This document shows positions 1 through 13,881 of a DNA stretch of 64,000 nt, in pieces (the stretch's first letter is position 1; each line of letters starts with the position of its first letter). Location of the stretch: assembly GCF_046105845.1 (NCBI RefSeq), contig NZ_CP151004.1. One strand, 5' to 3'. This DNA is from Escherichia coli (GTDB lineage: Bacteria > Pseudomonadota > Gammaproteobacteria > Enterobacterales > Enterobacteriaceae). The notes beneath the pieces are model-generated. The model saw only the letters and a list, made by a program, of their open reading frames with translations. It was not told the origin of the DNA and ran no database searches. The position numbers were made by a program, and so were the translations under genes.

Positions 1-2
1 TG

Positions 3-500
3 GTTTACACCACCGGATGCGGTGTTCACGCCTTTACTTACGATCCTTCGCTCGGCGTTTTCTGCCTGTGCCAGGAACGGATGCGCTTCCCGGAGAAAGG
101 CAAAACCTACTCCATCAACGAAGGAAACTACATTAAGTTTCCGAACGGGGTGAAGAAATACATTAAATTCTGCCAGGAAGAAGATAAGTCCACCAATCGC
201 CCGTATACCTCGCGTTATATCGGCTCACTGGTTGCGGATTTCCACCGTAACCTGCTGAAAGGTGGGATTTATCTCTACCCAAGCACCGCCAGCCACCCGG
301 ACGGTAAACTGCGTTTACTGTATGAGTGCAACCCGATGGCATTCCTGGCGGAACAAGCGGGCGGTAAAGCGAGCGATGGCAAAGAGCGTATTCTGGATAT
401 CATCCCGGAAACCCTGCACCAGCGCCGTTCGTTCTTTGTCGGCAACGACCATATGGTTGAAGATGTCGAACGCTTTATCCGTGAGTTCCCGGACGCGTAA
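3..500 (+). CDS. fbp: Fructose-1,6-bisphosphatase class 1, C-terminal 165 aa (5' end outside window)
   Basis: Frame is open from the window edge ([26 protein letters not shown] precedes the listed Met81). Sequence recognised as the E. coli Fbp C-terminus ending [14 protein letters not shown] terminator hairpin follows. Confidence 0.93.
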
Positions 501-507
501 TCCCCTG

Positions 508-534
508 CGCCTCTCCACACGGAGAGGCGTTTTT
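508..534. terminator. Bidirectional rho-independent terminator between convergent fbp and yjfF
   Basis: 9-bp stem CGCCTCTCC (508-516) / GGAGAGGCG (521-529), loop ACAC, T-run 530-534. Overlaps the yjfF stop codon at 533-535. Confidence 0.75.
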
Positions 535-1528
535 ATCGCTGCGCAATGTTGACTCTTGTCACTGGCGAACTCTGACGATTCTCCCACAGCACTGTTAATC
601 CACGCTGTAATGCTATAAAAATAAACAACAAAATGCCGATGGCGATTTTCGTCCACCAGGAACTCAGCGTACCGTCAAAGTTGATATATGTCTGAATCAG
701 TCCCTGAATCGCCACACCAAATAGCGTTCCCAGCACCGTTCCTACCCCACCACTTAACAACGTACCGCCAATCACCACCGACGCGATGGCGTCCAGTTCC
801 ACACCTACGCCCGCCAGCGCATATCCGGCCTGGGTATAAATCGAGAAGACAATCCCCGCCAGCGTTGCCAGTCCGGTGGAAAGCATATAAATGCGAATAG
901 TGGTGCTGCGCGTGGAAATCCCCATCAGGTTCGCCGACGTTGTGTTGCCGCCAATGGCGTACACCTGATTACCAAAACGCGTACGATGCGCGAGGAATAT
1001 GCCGATAACCACCACCGCCAGCATCAGCAGCCCCATCGCACTTAAACGACCGCCGCCAGGGATTTTCCATGCAAGGCTTGAGAGCGTGTCATAAACAGGA
1101 TGATTTATCGGGATCGACTCTTCCGAAACGAGATAGCTGACGCCACGCAAAAAGAACATTCCTGCCAGAGTAATGATAAACGCCGGGATCTTCAGGGCGT
1201 CGATCAAAAGCCCCATAAATGCGCCAAAGGCACAGCCCATCACCAGCACCAGTGGAAACGCCAGCAGCGGCGAGAGGCCGAAATCGCCAATCACTTTTGC
1301 CAGAAACACGCCGGTAAAGGCGATCACCGAACCGACGGAGAGATCGATCCCACCGGAGAGGATCACAAAGGTCATGCCAACAGCGATGATCCCCAGAAAA
1401 GCGTTATCGGTCAGGATATTGCAGATCACTCTTGTGGAAGCAAAACCGGGAAACTGGGTCAGGCAGTAGAAATAACCCAGCACAAAGACGCCGATGGTGA
1501 TCATCAGTGGCAAATTACGTTTTATCAC
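533..1528 (-). CDS. yjfF: Galactofuranose ABC transporter permease
   Basis: 331-aa polytopic membrane ORF recognised as E. coli YjfF. Overlaps ytfT by 14 bp in an operon with ytfQRT. Confidence 0.92.
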   Translation of the reverse strand: MIKRNLPLMITIGVFVLGYFYCLTQFPGFASTRVICNILTDNAFLGIIAVGMTFVILSGGIDLSVGSVIAFTGVFLAKVIGDFGLSPLLAFPLVLVMGCAFGAFMGLLIDALKIPAFIITLAGMFFLRGVSYLVSEESIPINHPVYDTLSSLAWKIPGGGRLSAMGLLMLAVVVIGIFLAHRTRFGNQVYAIGGNTTSANLMGISTRSTTIRIYMLSTGLATLAGIVFSIYTQAGYALAGVGVELDAIASVVIGGTLLSGGVGTVLGTLFGVAIQGLIQTYINFDGTLSSWWTKIAIGILLFIFIALQRGLTVLWENRQSSPVTRVNIAQR

Positions 1529-2540
1529 GGCTACGCACTCCTTTAATCAGACTGATAAAGCGTTGCGACTGGACAATCAGCACGCAAAGCACCACCACCG
1601 CTTTCACCACCTGGTTCATCTCCGGCGGAAAGCCCGAAAGCAAAATTCCGGTGTTCATCCCCTGAATAATCAGCGCCCCCACCACCGAAAGCAGTAGGTT
1701 AAAACGTCCGCCCATCAGCGAACCACCGCCAATCACCACCGCGAGAATGGCGTCCAGCTCCAGCCATAATCCGGCGTTGTTGGCATCGGCACCGCGAATA
1801 TCCGCCGCCACGATAATGCCCGCAATCGCCGCACACAGCCCGCTCAACACGTAGGTGAGCATGACGATGATTCGCGTGTTGACTCCGGCATTTTTTGCCG
1901 CCCGAATGTTGATACCAACGGCTTCGATAAACATCCCCAGCGCCGTTTTGCGGGTCAACAGCCAGAACAGGAGAAGCGTCAGCACCGCGATAATGACCGG
2001 CGTTGGCAGGAACAATAGCGATCCGCTGCCAAACCATGAGAGATCCGGCGAGTTAAACGTGACGATCTGTCCGGAGGTGATCAGTTGCGCCACGCCGCGC
2101 CCGGCGACCATCAGGATCAGGGTGGCAACAAACGGCTGAATTTTGAGGATCGCTACCAGTATGCCGTTCCACAATCCCGCCAGGATGCCAGTGCCCAGGG
2201 AGCTTAACAAAACAATCGGCAGGCTGAATCCAGCGACCGTCATCGCAGCCGTTGTGGCTCCGGCGATAGCCATCACCGCCCCCACGGAGAGATCAATCCC
2301 ACCAGTGGCGATCACCAGCGTCATACCAATCGCCAACAGCGCAACGGGGGCGGCGCGATTAAGAATGTCGATAGGGCTACCGAACAAACGCCCATCCTGA
2401 AGCACCACCTGCCAGAAATGCGGGGCTACCAGGCTGTCGACCAGCAGCACCAGCAATAGTGCTACCAGCTGCGGCATTCCTGTTGGCCAGCGAAAGCGCC
2501 TTTTCGGCGGCGTAGTGTCCGGGAGAGATTGAGGCATCAC
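1515..2540 (-). CDS. ytfT: Galactofuranose ABC transporter permease
   Basis: ORF track gives 348 aa. Start set at GTG 2540 (341 aa, the K-12 length), with AAGGAG 6 nt upstream. Recognised as YtfT. Confidence 0.9.
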   Translation of the reverse strand: MMPQSLPDTTPPKRRFRWPTGMPQLVALLLVLLVDSLVAPHFWQVVLQDGRLFGSPIDILNRAAPVALLAIGMTLVIATGGIDLSVGAVMAIAGATTAAMTVAGFSLPIVLLSSLGTGILAGLWNGILVAILKIQPFVATLILMVAGRGVAQLITSGQIVTFNSPDLSWFGSGSLLFLPTPVIIAVLTLLLFWLLTRKTALGMFIEAVGINIRAAKNAGVNTRIIVMLTYVLSGLCAAIAGIIVAADIRGADANNAGLWLELDAILAVVIGGGSLMGGRFNLLLSVVGALIIQGMNTGILLSGFPPEMNQVVKAVVVLCVLIVQSQRFISLIKGVRSRDKT

Positions 2541-2550
2541 ACTGTTCTCC

Positions 2551-4053
2551 TTACGCCGCAATGGCGTTCATGATCGCCGGAACGGAAAGCTCTGCCAGCG
2601 GGATCTCCGCTACCTGTTTGCGATCGCGCATGATAATCACCCGGTCGGCATAGCCCACCAGCTCTTCCAGCTCGGAGGAGATCACCAGCAGCGCCAGTCC
2701 ATCGGCGCACAGCGTTTCAATCAGGCGGATGATCTCGGCGTGGGCACCAACATCAATTCCGCGCGTTGGCTCGTCGAGGATCAGAAATTGCGGTCGGGTC
2801 AGTAGCCAACGTGAAAGCAACACTTTTTGCTGATTGCCGCCGGAGAGAAATTCAATCGGTTGTTCGGTTGAAGGTGTGCGAATGCCAAGCTGGCGGATAA
2901 AGCGTTGGGCAATCTCTTGCTGTTCTTTGCGGGAAATCGGTCGTAGCCAGCCGCGCTGGGCCTGGAGAGCGAGGATGATATTTTCCCGCACCGAGGCGGC
3001 GGCGATGATGCCATCGGTTTTCCTGTCTTCCGGGCAGAAGCCGATGCCCAGTACCGAAGCCTGATGTGGCGATCGCAGGGTTTGCGGTTTGCCTTTGATC
3101 AACGCCGTGCCGCTATCAGCTGGTTTGATACCGAAGATCACTTCGGCAGTTTCGGTACGTCCTGATCCCAGCAAGCCTGCCAGACCGACGATCTCGCCGG
3201 GGCGTACTTCGAGATCAAACGGTGCGATCGTTCCTTTTTTGCCGTAATTTTTGAACGCGGCAACGGGTTTGTCGCTCAGCAATGTTCGTCCGGCACGCTG
3301 TAGCGCGTGGGTGTCCAGCTCGCGCCCCAGCATCATTTTTACCAGTTCGATCTGCGGTAGCTCGCGGGTTTCCCGACAGCCTACGAAACTGCCGTTGCGT
3401 AAGACGGTGATCCGATCGCTGACCTGATAGACCTGATCGAGAAAGTGAGTAACGAAGATCAGGCTGACGCCGCGATCGCGCAACTGACGCATCAGGCCAA
3501 ACAGTAACTCTACTTCCTGAGTGTCGAGGCTGGCGGTGGGTTCATCGAGGATCAGCACTTTGGCGGAGAGATCGATGGCCCGGCAAATGGCGACGATTTG
3601 CTGCATCGCGACTGAAAAGCGGTTGAGCGGTTCGCGCACGTCGAGGGAGAAACCGTAAGATGCCATCAGTTCGGTGGCGCGCTTTTCCATCTCTTTACGG
3701 CGTAGAAGGCCGAAACGTTTGGGTTCGCGACCTATGAATAGATTATCAGCGACCGACATATTGGGTAGCAGGTTGACTTCCTGATAGACGGTGCCGATGC
3801 CGAGTTGTTGTGCATGGGCGGTATTTTTCGGTGAAATAGTCTGGCCTTCCAGCCAGATGGTGCCACGATCGGCGTGGTAGACACCGGTTAATGCTTTGAT
3901 TAGCGTTGATTTTCCCGCCCCGTTTTCACCGAGCAGCGCCATGATTTCACCACGGCGCAGGCTGAAATCAACGTTGTCTAACGCTTTGACACCGGGGAAA
4001 AATTTACTTAATCCTTCGGTGCGGAGGATTTCCTGGTGTTGGTTAGTATTCAT
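2551..4053 (-). CDS. ytfR: Galactofuranose ABC transporter ATP-binding protein (duplicated ABC domains)
   Basis: Two Walker A motifs (GENGAGKST, GLLGSGRTE) and an LSGGNQQK signature. Start set at MNTNQHQEIL (500 aa) rather than the 517-aa longest ORF. Confidence 0.92.
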   Translation of the reverse strand: MNTNQHQEILRTEGLSKFFPGVKALDNVDFSLRRGEIMALLGENGAGKSTLIKALTGVYHADRGTIWLEGQTISPKNTAHAQQLGIGTVYQEVNLLPNMSVADNLFIGREPKRFGLLRRKEMEKRATELMASYGFSLDVREPLNRFSVAMQQIVAICRAIDLSAKVLILDEPTASLDTQEVELLFGLMRQLRDRGVSLIFVTHFLDQVYQVSDRITVLRNGSFVGCRETRELPQIELVKMMLGRELDTHALQRAGRTLLSDKPVAAFKNYGKKGTIAPFDLEVRPGEIVGLAGLLGSGRTETAEVIFGIKPADSGTALIKGKPQTLRSPHQASVLGIGFCPEDRKTDGIIAAASVRENIILALQAQRGWLRPISRKEQQEIAQRFIRQLGIRTPSTEQPIEFLSGGNQQKVLLSRWLLTRPQFLILDEPTRGIDVGAHAEIIRLIETLCADGLALLVISSELEELVGYADRVIIMRDRKQVAEIPLAELSVPAIMNAIAA

Positions 4054-4077
4054 AGTTTCCCCCGTTGTAAAGCGTGC

Positions 4078-4178
4078 GCCAGATAAGACACAACAGCGTC
4101 GCATCAGGCATCTCGCACAACCGCCGGATGCGGCGTGAATGCCTTATCCGGCGGCCCACAAGTCGGCATCAGGCATTG
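4078..4178. repeat. REP/BIME cluster between ytfQ and ytfR
   Basis: Canonical REP unit GCCGGATGCGGCGTGAATGCCTTATCCGGC at about 4123-4152. Flanked by inverted REP-like units (CAGATAAGACACAACAGCGTCGCATCAGGCA and GTCGGCATCAGGCATTGATGCC). Confidence 0.75.
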
Positions 4179-4185
4179 ATGCCCC

Positions 4186-5142
4186 TCAATACCCCATGTT
4201 TTTCTTCTTCTCTAACTCTTCTTTTGCGGTATCAGGCAGGTAAAGGGTGGACTTGGTCAGGGTCAGCTTTTCAGGCATGGTGCCGTCTTTTTTATATTTC
4301 TCCAGCGCATCAAAAGCGGGGCCTGCCATGTTCGGCGTCAGTTCAACGCTGGCGTTCGCTTCGCCATCAATCATCGCTTTGTAGATGTCCGGCACGCCGT
4401 CGATAGAGCCTGTCAGGATATCTTTGCCCGGTTTCAGGCCCGCTTCTTTAATTGCCTGAATTGCACCAATCACCATGTCATCGTTATGGGCGTAAACCAT
4501 GCAGATGTTTTTGCCGTTGTTTTCCGCTTTGATAAAGCTCTCCATGACTTCTTTGCCTTTACTGCGGGTGAAGTCACCTGACTGCGAGCGGATAATTTTG
4601 ATATTTGGCGCATTCTTTATGGCTTCGGCAAAGCCTTTCTTACGGTCAATGGCGACGCTGGCCCCAACAGTGCCCTGCAGCTCCACCACGTTGCATGGTT
4701 TGCCATTCACTTCTTTTACCAGCCAGTCACCAATCAACTTGCCTTCGAGGATGTTGTCGGCAGTGACGGTGGTCATATAGAGAGACTTGTCTTTCACATC
4801 GATGGAACGATCGAGCAAGAAGACCGGGATTTCGGCATCTTTCGCCTCTTTTAATACCGGCTCCCAACCGGTCGCTACCACTGGAGCGATAAAGATCGCA
4901 TCCACCCCTTGTGCAACGAAGGAACGTACCGCTTTAATCTGGTTTTCCTGCTTTTGTTGACCATCGGCGATTTTCAGTGTGATACCGCGTTTTTCGGCTT
5001 CACTTTTCGCCACGTTGGTTTCAGCGGCACGCCAGCCGGATTCCGATCCGACCTGCGAAAATCCAACGGTTAATGGAGCGGCCAACGCCATAGACGACAT
5101 GGCTGCCGAGACTGCAGAGACTACAAGTAAGCGTTTCCACAT
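4186..5142 (-). CDS. ytfQ: Periplasmic galactofuranose-binding protein
   Basis: 318-aa ORF with signal peptide MWKRLLVVSAVSAAMSSMALA. Recognised as YtfQ, first gene of ytfQRT-yjfF. Confidence 0.93.
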   Translation of the reverse strand: MWKRLLVVSAVSAAMSSMALAAPLTVGFSQVGSESGWRAAETNVAKSEAEKRGITLKIADGQQKQENQIKAVRSFVAQGVDAIFIAPVVATGWEPVLKEAKDAEIPVFLLDRSIDVKDKSLYMTTVTADNILEGKLIGDWLVKEVNGKPCNVVELQGTVGASVAIDRKKGFAEAIKNAPNIKIIRSQSGDFTRSKGKEVMESFIKAENNGKNICMVYAHNDDMVIGAIQAIKEAGLKPGKDILTGSIDGVPDIYKAMIDGEANASVELTPNMAGPAFDALEKYKKDGTMPEKLTLTKSTLYLPDTAKEELEKKKNMGY

Positions 5143-5212
5143 AGGGTTGTCCTCGTCGGGGTAATTATTATTGGTGAAAAGATGTTCGCGAAAAAACTAT
5201 AGACAATTCGTT

Positions 5213-5233
5213 ATGTAACGGATTGCGTTACAT
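5213..5233. promoter_or_regulatory. Candidate operator palindrome upstream of ytfQ
   Basis: Perfect 8-bp inverted arms ATGTAACG (5213-5220) and CGTTACAT (5226-5233) around GATTG, about 70-90 bp upstream of the ytfQ start. The TGTAAnCG half-sites resemble LacI/GalR-family operators. Confidence 0.4.
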
Positions 5234-5451
5234 CACACTTCAAAAAAGTAAATAAAACGTTAATCACAAGTTTGTAATCGCTTTCATCTCACTATGAAAA
5301 ATGCGGCTACGGTTATGGATTTTCCTGCTCTTTAAACCACCTTAAAACTGGCTAAAAAGGAAAATGAAGAAGAAAACAAGCGAAGACATTCGGCGCGAGT
5401 TGGCTATAATACTCGGCACTTGTTTGCCACATATTTTTAAAGGAAACAGAC

Positions 5452-5982
5452 ATGAGCTTACTCAACGTCCCTGCGGGTAAAGATCTGCCGGAAGACATCT
5501 ACGTTGTTATTGAGATCCCGGCTAACGCAGATCCGATCAAATACGAAATCGACAAAGAGAGCGGCGCACTGTTCGTTGACCGCTTCATGTCCACCGCGAT
5601 GTTCTATCCGTGCAACTACGGTTACATCAACCACACCCTGTCTCTGGACGGTGACCCGGTTGACGTACTGGTCCCGACTCCGTACCCGCTGCAGCCGGGT
5701 TCTGTGATCCGTTGCCGTCCGGTTGGCGTTCTGAAAATGACCGACGAAGCCGGTGAAGATGCGAAACTGGTTGCGGTTCCGCACAGCAAGCTGAGCAAAG
5801 AATACGATCACATTAAAGACGTTAACGATCTGCCTGAACTGCTGAAAGCACAGATCGCTCACTTCTTCGAGCACTACAAAGACCTCGAAAAAGGCAAGTG
5901 GGTGAAAGTTGAAGGCTGGGAAAACGCAGAAGCCGCTAAAGCTGAAATCGTTGCCTCCTTCGAGCGCGCAAAGAATAAATAA
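5452..5982 (+). CDS. ppa: Inorganic pyrophosphatase
   Basis: 176-aa ORF recognised as E. coli Ppa ([36 protein letters not shown]). TATAAT at 5405-5410 upstream. Confidence 0.97.
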   Translation: MSLLNVPAGKDLPEDIYVVIEIPANADPIKYEIDKESGALFVDRFMSTAMFYPCNYGYINHTLSLDGDPVDVLVPTPYPLQPGSVIRCRPVGVLKMTDEAGEDAKLVAVPHSKLSKEYDHIKDVNDLPELLKAQIAHFFEHYKDLEKGKWVKVEGWENAEAAKAEIVASFERAKNK

Positions 5983-5998
5983 GTTCTTCTAGCGCAAT

Positions 5999-6036
5999 AA
6001 CCCTGAACGCCGGGCTTCGGTTAGTAAGGGTTTTTT
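5999..6036 (+). terminator. ppa terminator
   Basis: AACCCT (5999-6004) pairs with AGGGTT (6027-6032), enclosing a small inner hairpin. Followed by a T-run to 6036. Confidence 0.65.
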
Positions 6037-6060
6037 ATGCCCGCGATAAATAAACACGCC

Positions 6061-6411
6061 TTATTCCACCACCGCCTGCAAACGTAATAACGCCTCTTCC
6101 ACCACTTCACCCGCAGCCAGACCAATACGCTTTGCCAGCCGGGCGCGTAGATCCATCATCCGCACCTGATTCACCAGCACCACGCCGTGCACATCGCCTT
6201 CTTCGCAATGTAAAGGAACGCTGAATCCTGCATAACGGGCAAAATTTCCGCCCTGCGTAATGGGGGCCACCAGCGTCATTCCCAGTTGATTAAAGGCTTG
6301 AACGGAGAGCACAAGCGCAGGTCGACCAGCACCTTGCTGTTCATGGCCGCTTGCTGGATCAAAGCCAACCAGCACAATGTCTCCCCGTTCAAATTCACTT
6401 TTCTTTACCAT
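6061..6411 (-). CDS. chpB: MazF/PemK-family mRNA interferase toxin ChpB
   Basis: 116-aa ORF recognised as ChpBK. Overlaps chpS by 7 bp. Confidence 0.93.
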   Translation of the reverse strand: MVKKSEFERGDIVLVGFDPASGHEQQGAGRPALVLSVQAFNQLGMTLVAPITQGGNFARYAGFSVPLHCEEGDVHGVVLVNQVRMMDLRARLAKRIGLAAGEVVEEALLRLQAVVE

Positions 6412-6656
6412 ATTTCGTCACCCGCAGGGGTGGATTTACCCCAGACATCCTGCTCGCTAAGTTCCGTGGCGTTCATGTCACACTGTGCCAGCAGTTCATC
6501 AAGCGAGTAGCGCCTGGAGATGGGTGTCAGAATCAGTTGATTGTTGCTCACTTGCGCCTCCACGCTCTGCCCCGGCCGTAAGTTAAGTTCTTTCATCACA
6601 ACATTAGGAATGACCATACCTGAACTATTCCCCCATCTTTTTATGGTAATACGCAT
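6405..6656 (-). CDS. chpS: AbrB/MazE-type antitoxin ChpS
   Basis: Start set at ATG 6656 (MRITIKRWGNS, 83 aa). AAGGAGGT lies 4 nt upstream (6661-6668). Confidence 0.9.
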   Translation of the reverse strand: MRITIKRWGNSSGMVIPNVVMKELNLRPGQSVEAQVSNNQLILTPISRRYSLDELLAQCDMNATELSEQDVWGKSTPAGDEIW

Positions 6657-6670
6657 CTGCACCTCCTTAA

Positions 6671-6687
6671 GTTATACAAAGTATAAC
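6671..6687. promoter_or_regulatory. Candidate chpSB operator overlapping a -10-like TATACT
   Basis: Perfect inverted repeat GTTATAC (6671-6677) AAA GTATAAC (6681-6687), immediately upstream of the chpS Shine-Dalgarno. The minus strand reads GTTATACTTTGTATAAC. Confidence 0.45.
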
Positions 6688-6829
6688 TCACGGTGCTACA
6701 GGAAACGTTTTACCCCTGCGCATTTGTGAACGCCAGCAGAGTTTTTTATGCGTTAACAGATATGGAAAGCGGCTCGGAGAGAAAAGCAAAAGGTGAGGGA
6801 ATTACAAAACAGAATGCGAGTCGTCTCGC

Positions 6830-6857
6830 AAAAAACAACGCCACCCGAAGGTGGCGT
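6830..6857 (-). terminator. Rho-independent terminator of tamA-tamB-ytfP
   Basis: Minus strand reads ACGCCACC TTCG GGTGGCGT TG TTTTTT, 5 nt after the ytfP stop. Confidence 0.85.
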
Positions 6858-6861
6858 ATGG

Positions 6862-7203
6862 TTACTTATCCCTGTCTAACCAGTCGCCGCTTTCAATTAG
6901 CTTTAATCCATCGACGGGTCGTTGATAAACGTACATCCATGCACTCCCGTACGGCGTCTGAATCAACTGGCGCGCGTATTCACCGCCCCTGGTGCGCAAG
7001 GCATCAAGTTCGGCCAGCGTGGCGTTGTCAATACGATAAACTTCACCGTGTACTGTTCCGTTCCCCGGAACTGCGCCTGGATAGTGGCCCAGGCTATACA
7101 ACTGGTAGTTATCGATACTGAAATCGCCCAGTAACTGGGCATTGGTCATCCAGTGACTGTTGCCTTGTTTGTGGCGTAAACTGCCGTAGACAAATATTCG
7201 CAT
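6862..7203 (-). CDS. ytfP: Gamma-glutamylcyclotransferase-like (AIG2/GGCT fold) protein
   Basis: 113-aa ORF beginning MRIFVYGSLR (the YGSL motif of the GGCT family). Recognised as YtfP. Its start lies 2 nt after the tamB stop. Confidence 0.9.
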   Translation of the reverse strand: MRIFVYGSLRHKQGNSHWMTNAQLLGDFSIDNYQLYSLGHYPGAVPGNGTVHGEVYRIDNATLAELDALRTRGGEYARQLIQTPYGSAWMYVYQRPVDGLKLIESGDWLDRDK

Positions 7204-7205
7204 TG

Positions 7206-12757
<5,552 letters not shown>

Positions 12758-12920
12758 TTAAACGGCTTAACAAAAATCCAGTAATATGGATTAAAAAGCA
12801 GACTAAACCCCAAATATTTCTTATGTTTTACTTTAGACCTATTCACAGCGGTTATTGTGTGCAAATACGCCTCTTGTTACAACCTTAACCCCAATGACCG
12901 ATTTTCGGGAGAGCGACACC

Positions 12921-13559
12921 ATGAGTTTATTTGATAAAAAGCATCTGGTTTCCCCCGCCGATGCCCTGCCTGGACGTAACACCCCGATGCCCGTAGCCAC
13001 GCTGCATGCGGTCAACGGTCACTCAATGACCAATGTACCTGACGGAATGGAGATTGCCATTTTTGCGATGGGTTGTTTCTGGGGTGTGGAGCGTCTGTTC
13101 TGGCAGTTACCCGGCGTTTACAGCACCGCCGCAGGCTATACCGGCGGCTATACGCCAAATCCGACTTATCGGGAAGTGTGTTCCGGTGATACTGGTCATG
13201 CCGAAGCGGTACGCATTGTTTACGATCCTTCCGTCATCAGCTATGAGCAGTTGCTACAGGTATTTTGGGAGAATCACGATCCCGCCCAGGGAATGCGTCA
13301 GGGCAATGACCACGGCACGCAGTATCGTTCAGCGATTTATCCACTGACCCCAGAACAGGATGCTGCTGCTCGCGCCAGTCTGGAACGTTTTCAGGCGGCG
13401 ATGCTTGCCGCCGATGACGATCGTCACATCACCACGGAAATCGCGAACGCCACACCGTTTTATTATGCCGAAGATGACCACCAGCAATATCTGCATAAAA
13501 ACCCGTATGGTTACTGTGGAATTGGCGGAATTGGCGTCTGTCTGCCGCCGGAAGCATAG
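12921..13559 (+). CDS. msrA: Peptide methionine-S-sulfoxide reductase
   Basis: GCFWG active-site motif. Start set at [11 protein letters not shown] (212 aa) rather than the 234-aa longest ORF. Confidence 0.95.
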
Positions 13560-13605
13560 CGTTACGGGTACAAATGTAGATTGTTGATAAAGTGCTATTT
13601 GTCTA

Positions 13606-13705
13606 TGCCGGATGCGGCATAAACGCCTTGCCAGGCCTACAAAACCCTCCAAATTCAATATATTGCAGGGACTTCGTAGGCCTGATCGGCATAGCGCATC
13701 AGGCA
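13606..13705. repeat. RIP/BIME-type element: two inverted REPs flanking an IHF-like site
   Basis: TGCCGGATGCGGCATAAACGCCTTGCCAGGCCTAC (13606-13640) and GTAGGCCTGATCGGCATAGCGCATCAGGCA (13676-13705). They flank AAATTCAATATATTGCAG, which matches the IHF core WATCAANNNNTTR. Confidence 0.7.
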
Positions 13706-13881
13706 GTTTTTCATTTATCAACAGTCTGAATTTTAACCCTCTGGCGGCTTTACAGTACCTTACGCTATACTAGCCACTGAAAATGCCGGTTCACTTTCTT
13801 CGAATCGGCTTTCAATGTGTATTTCACACAAATTAATCAACTTCCCCTTCCGAGGATCTGGCCTGAAAGGTCGGATAAGAT

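Noticed and set aside
2541-4104. N-terminal extensions of the longest ORFs (for example ytfT 348 aa, ytfR 517 aa, msrA 234 aa, ulaD 267 aa, fklB 259 aa, queG 415 aa, ytfH 163 aa)
   Set aside because: The extensions lack Shine-Dalgarno support or overlap upstream genes and REP elements. Internal starts reproduce the known protein N-termini and lengths.
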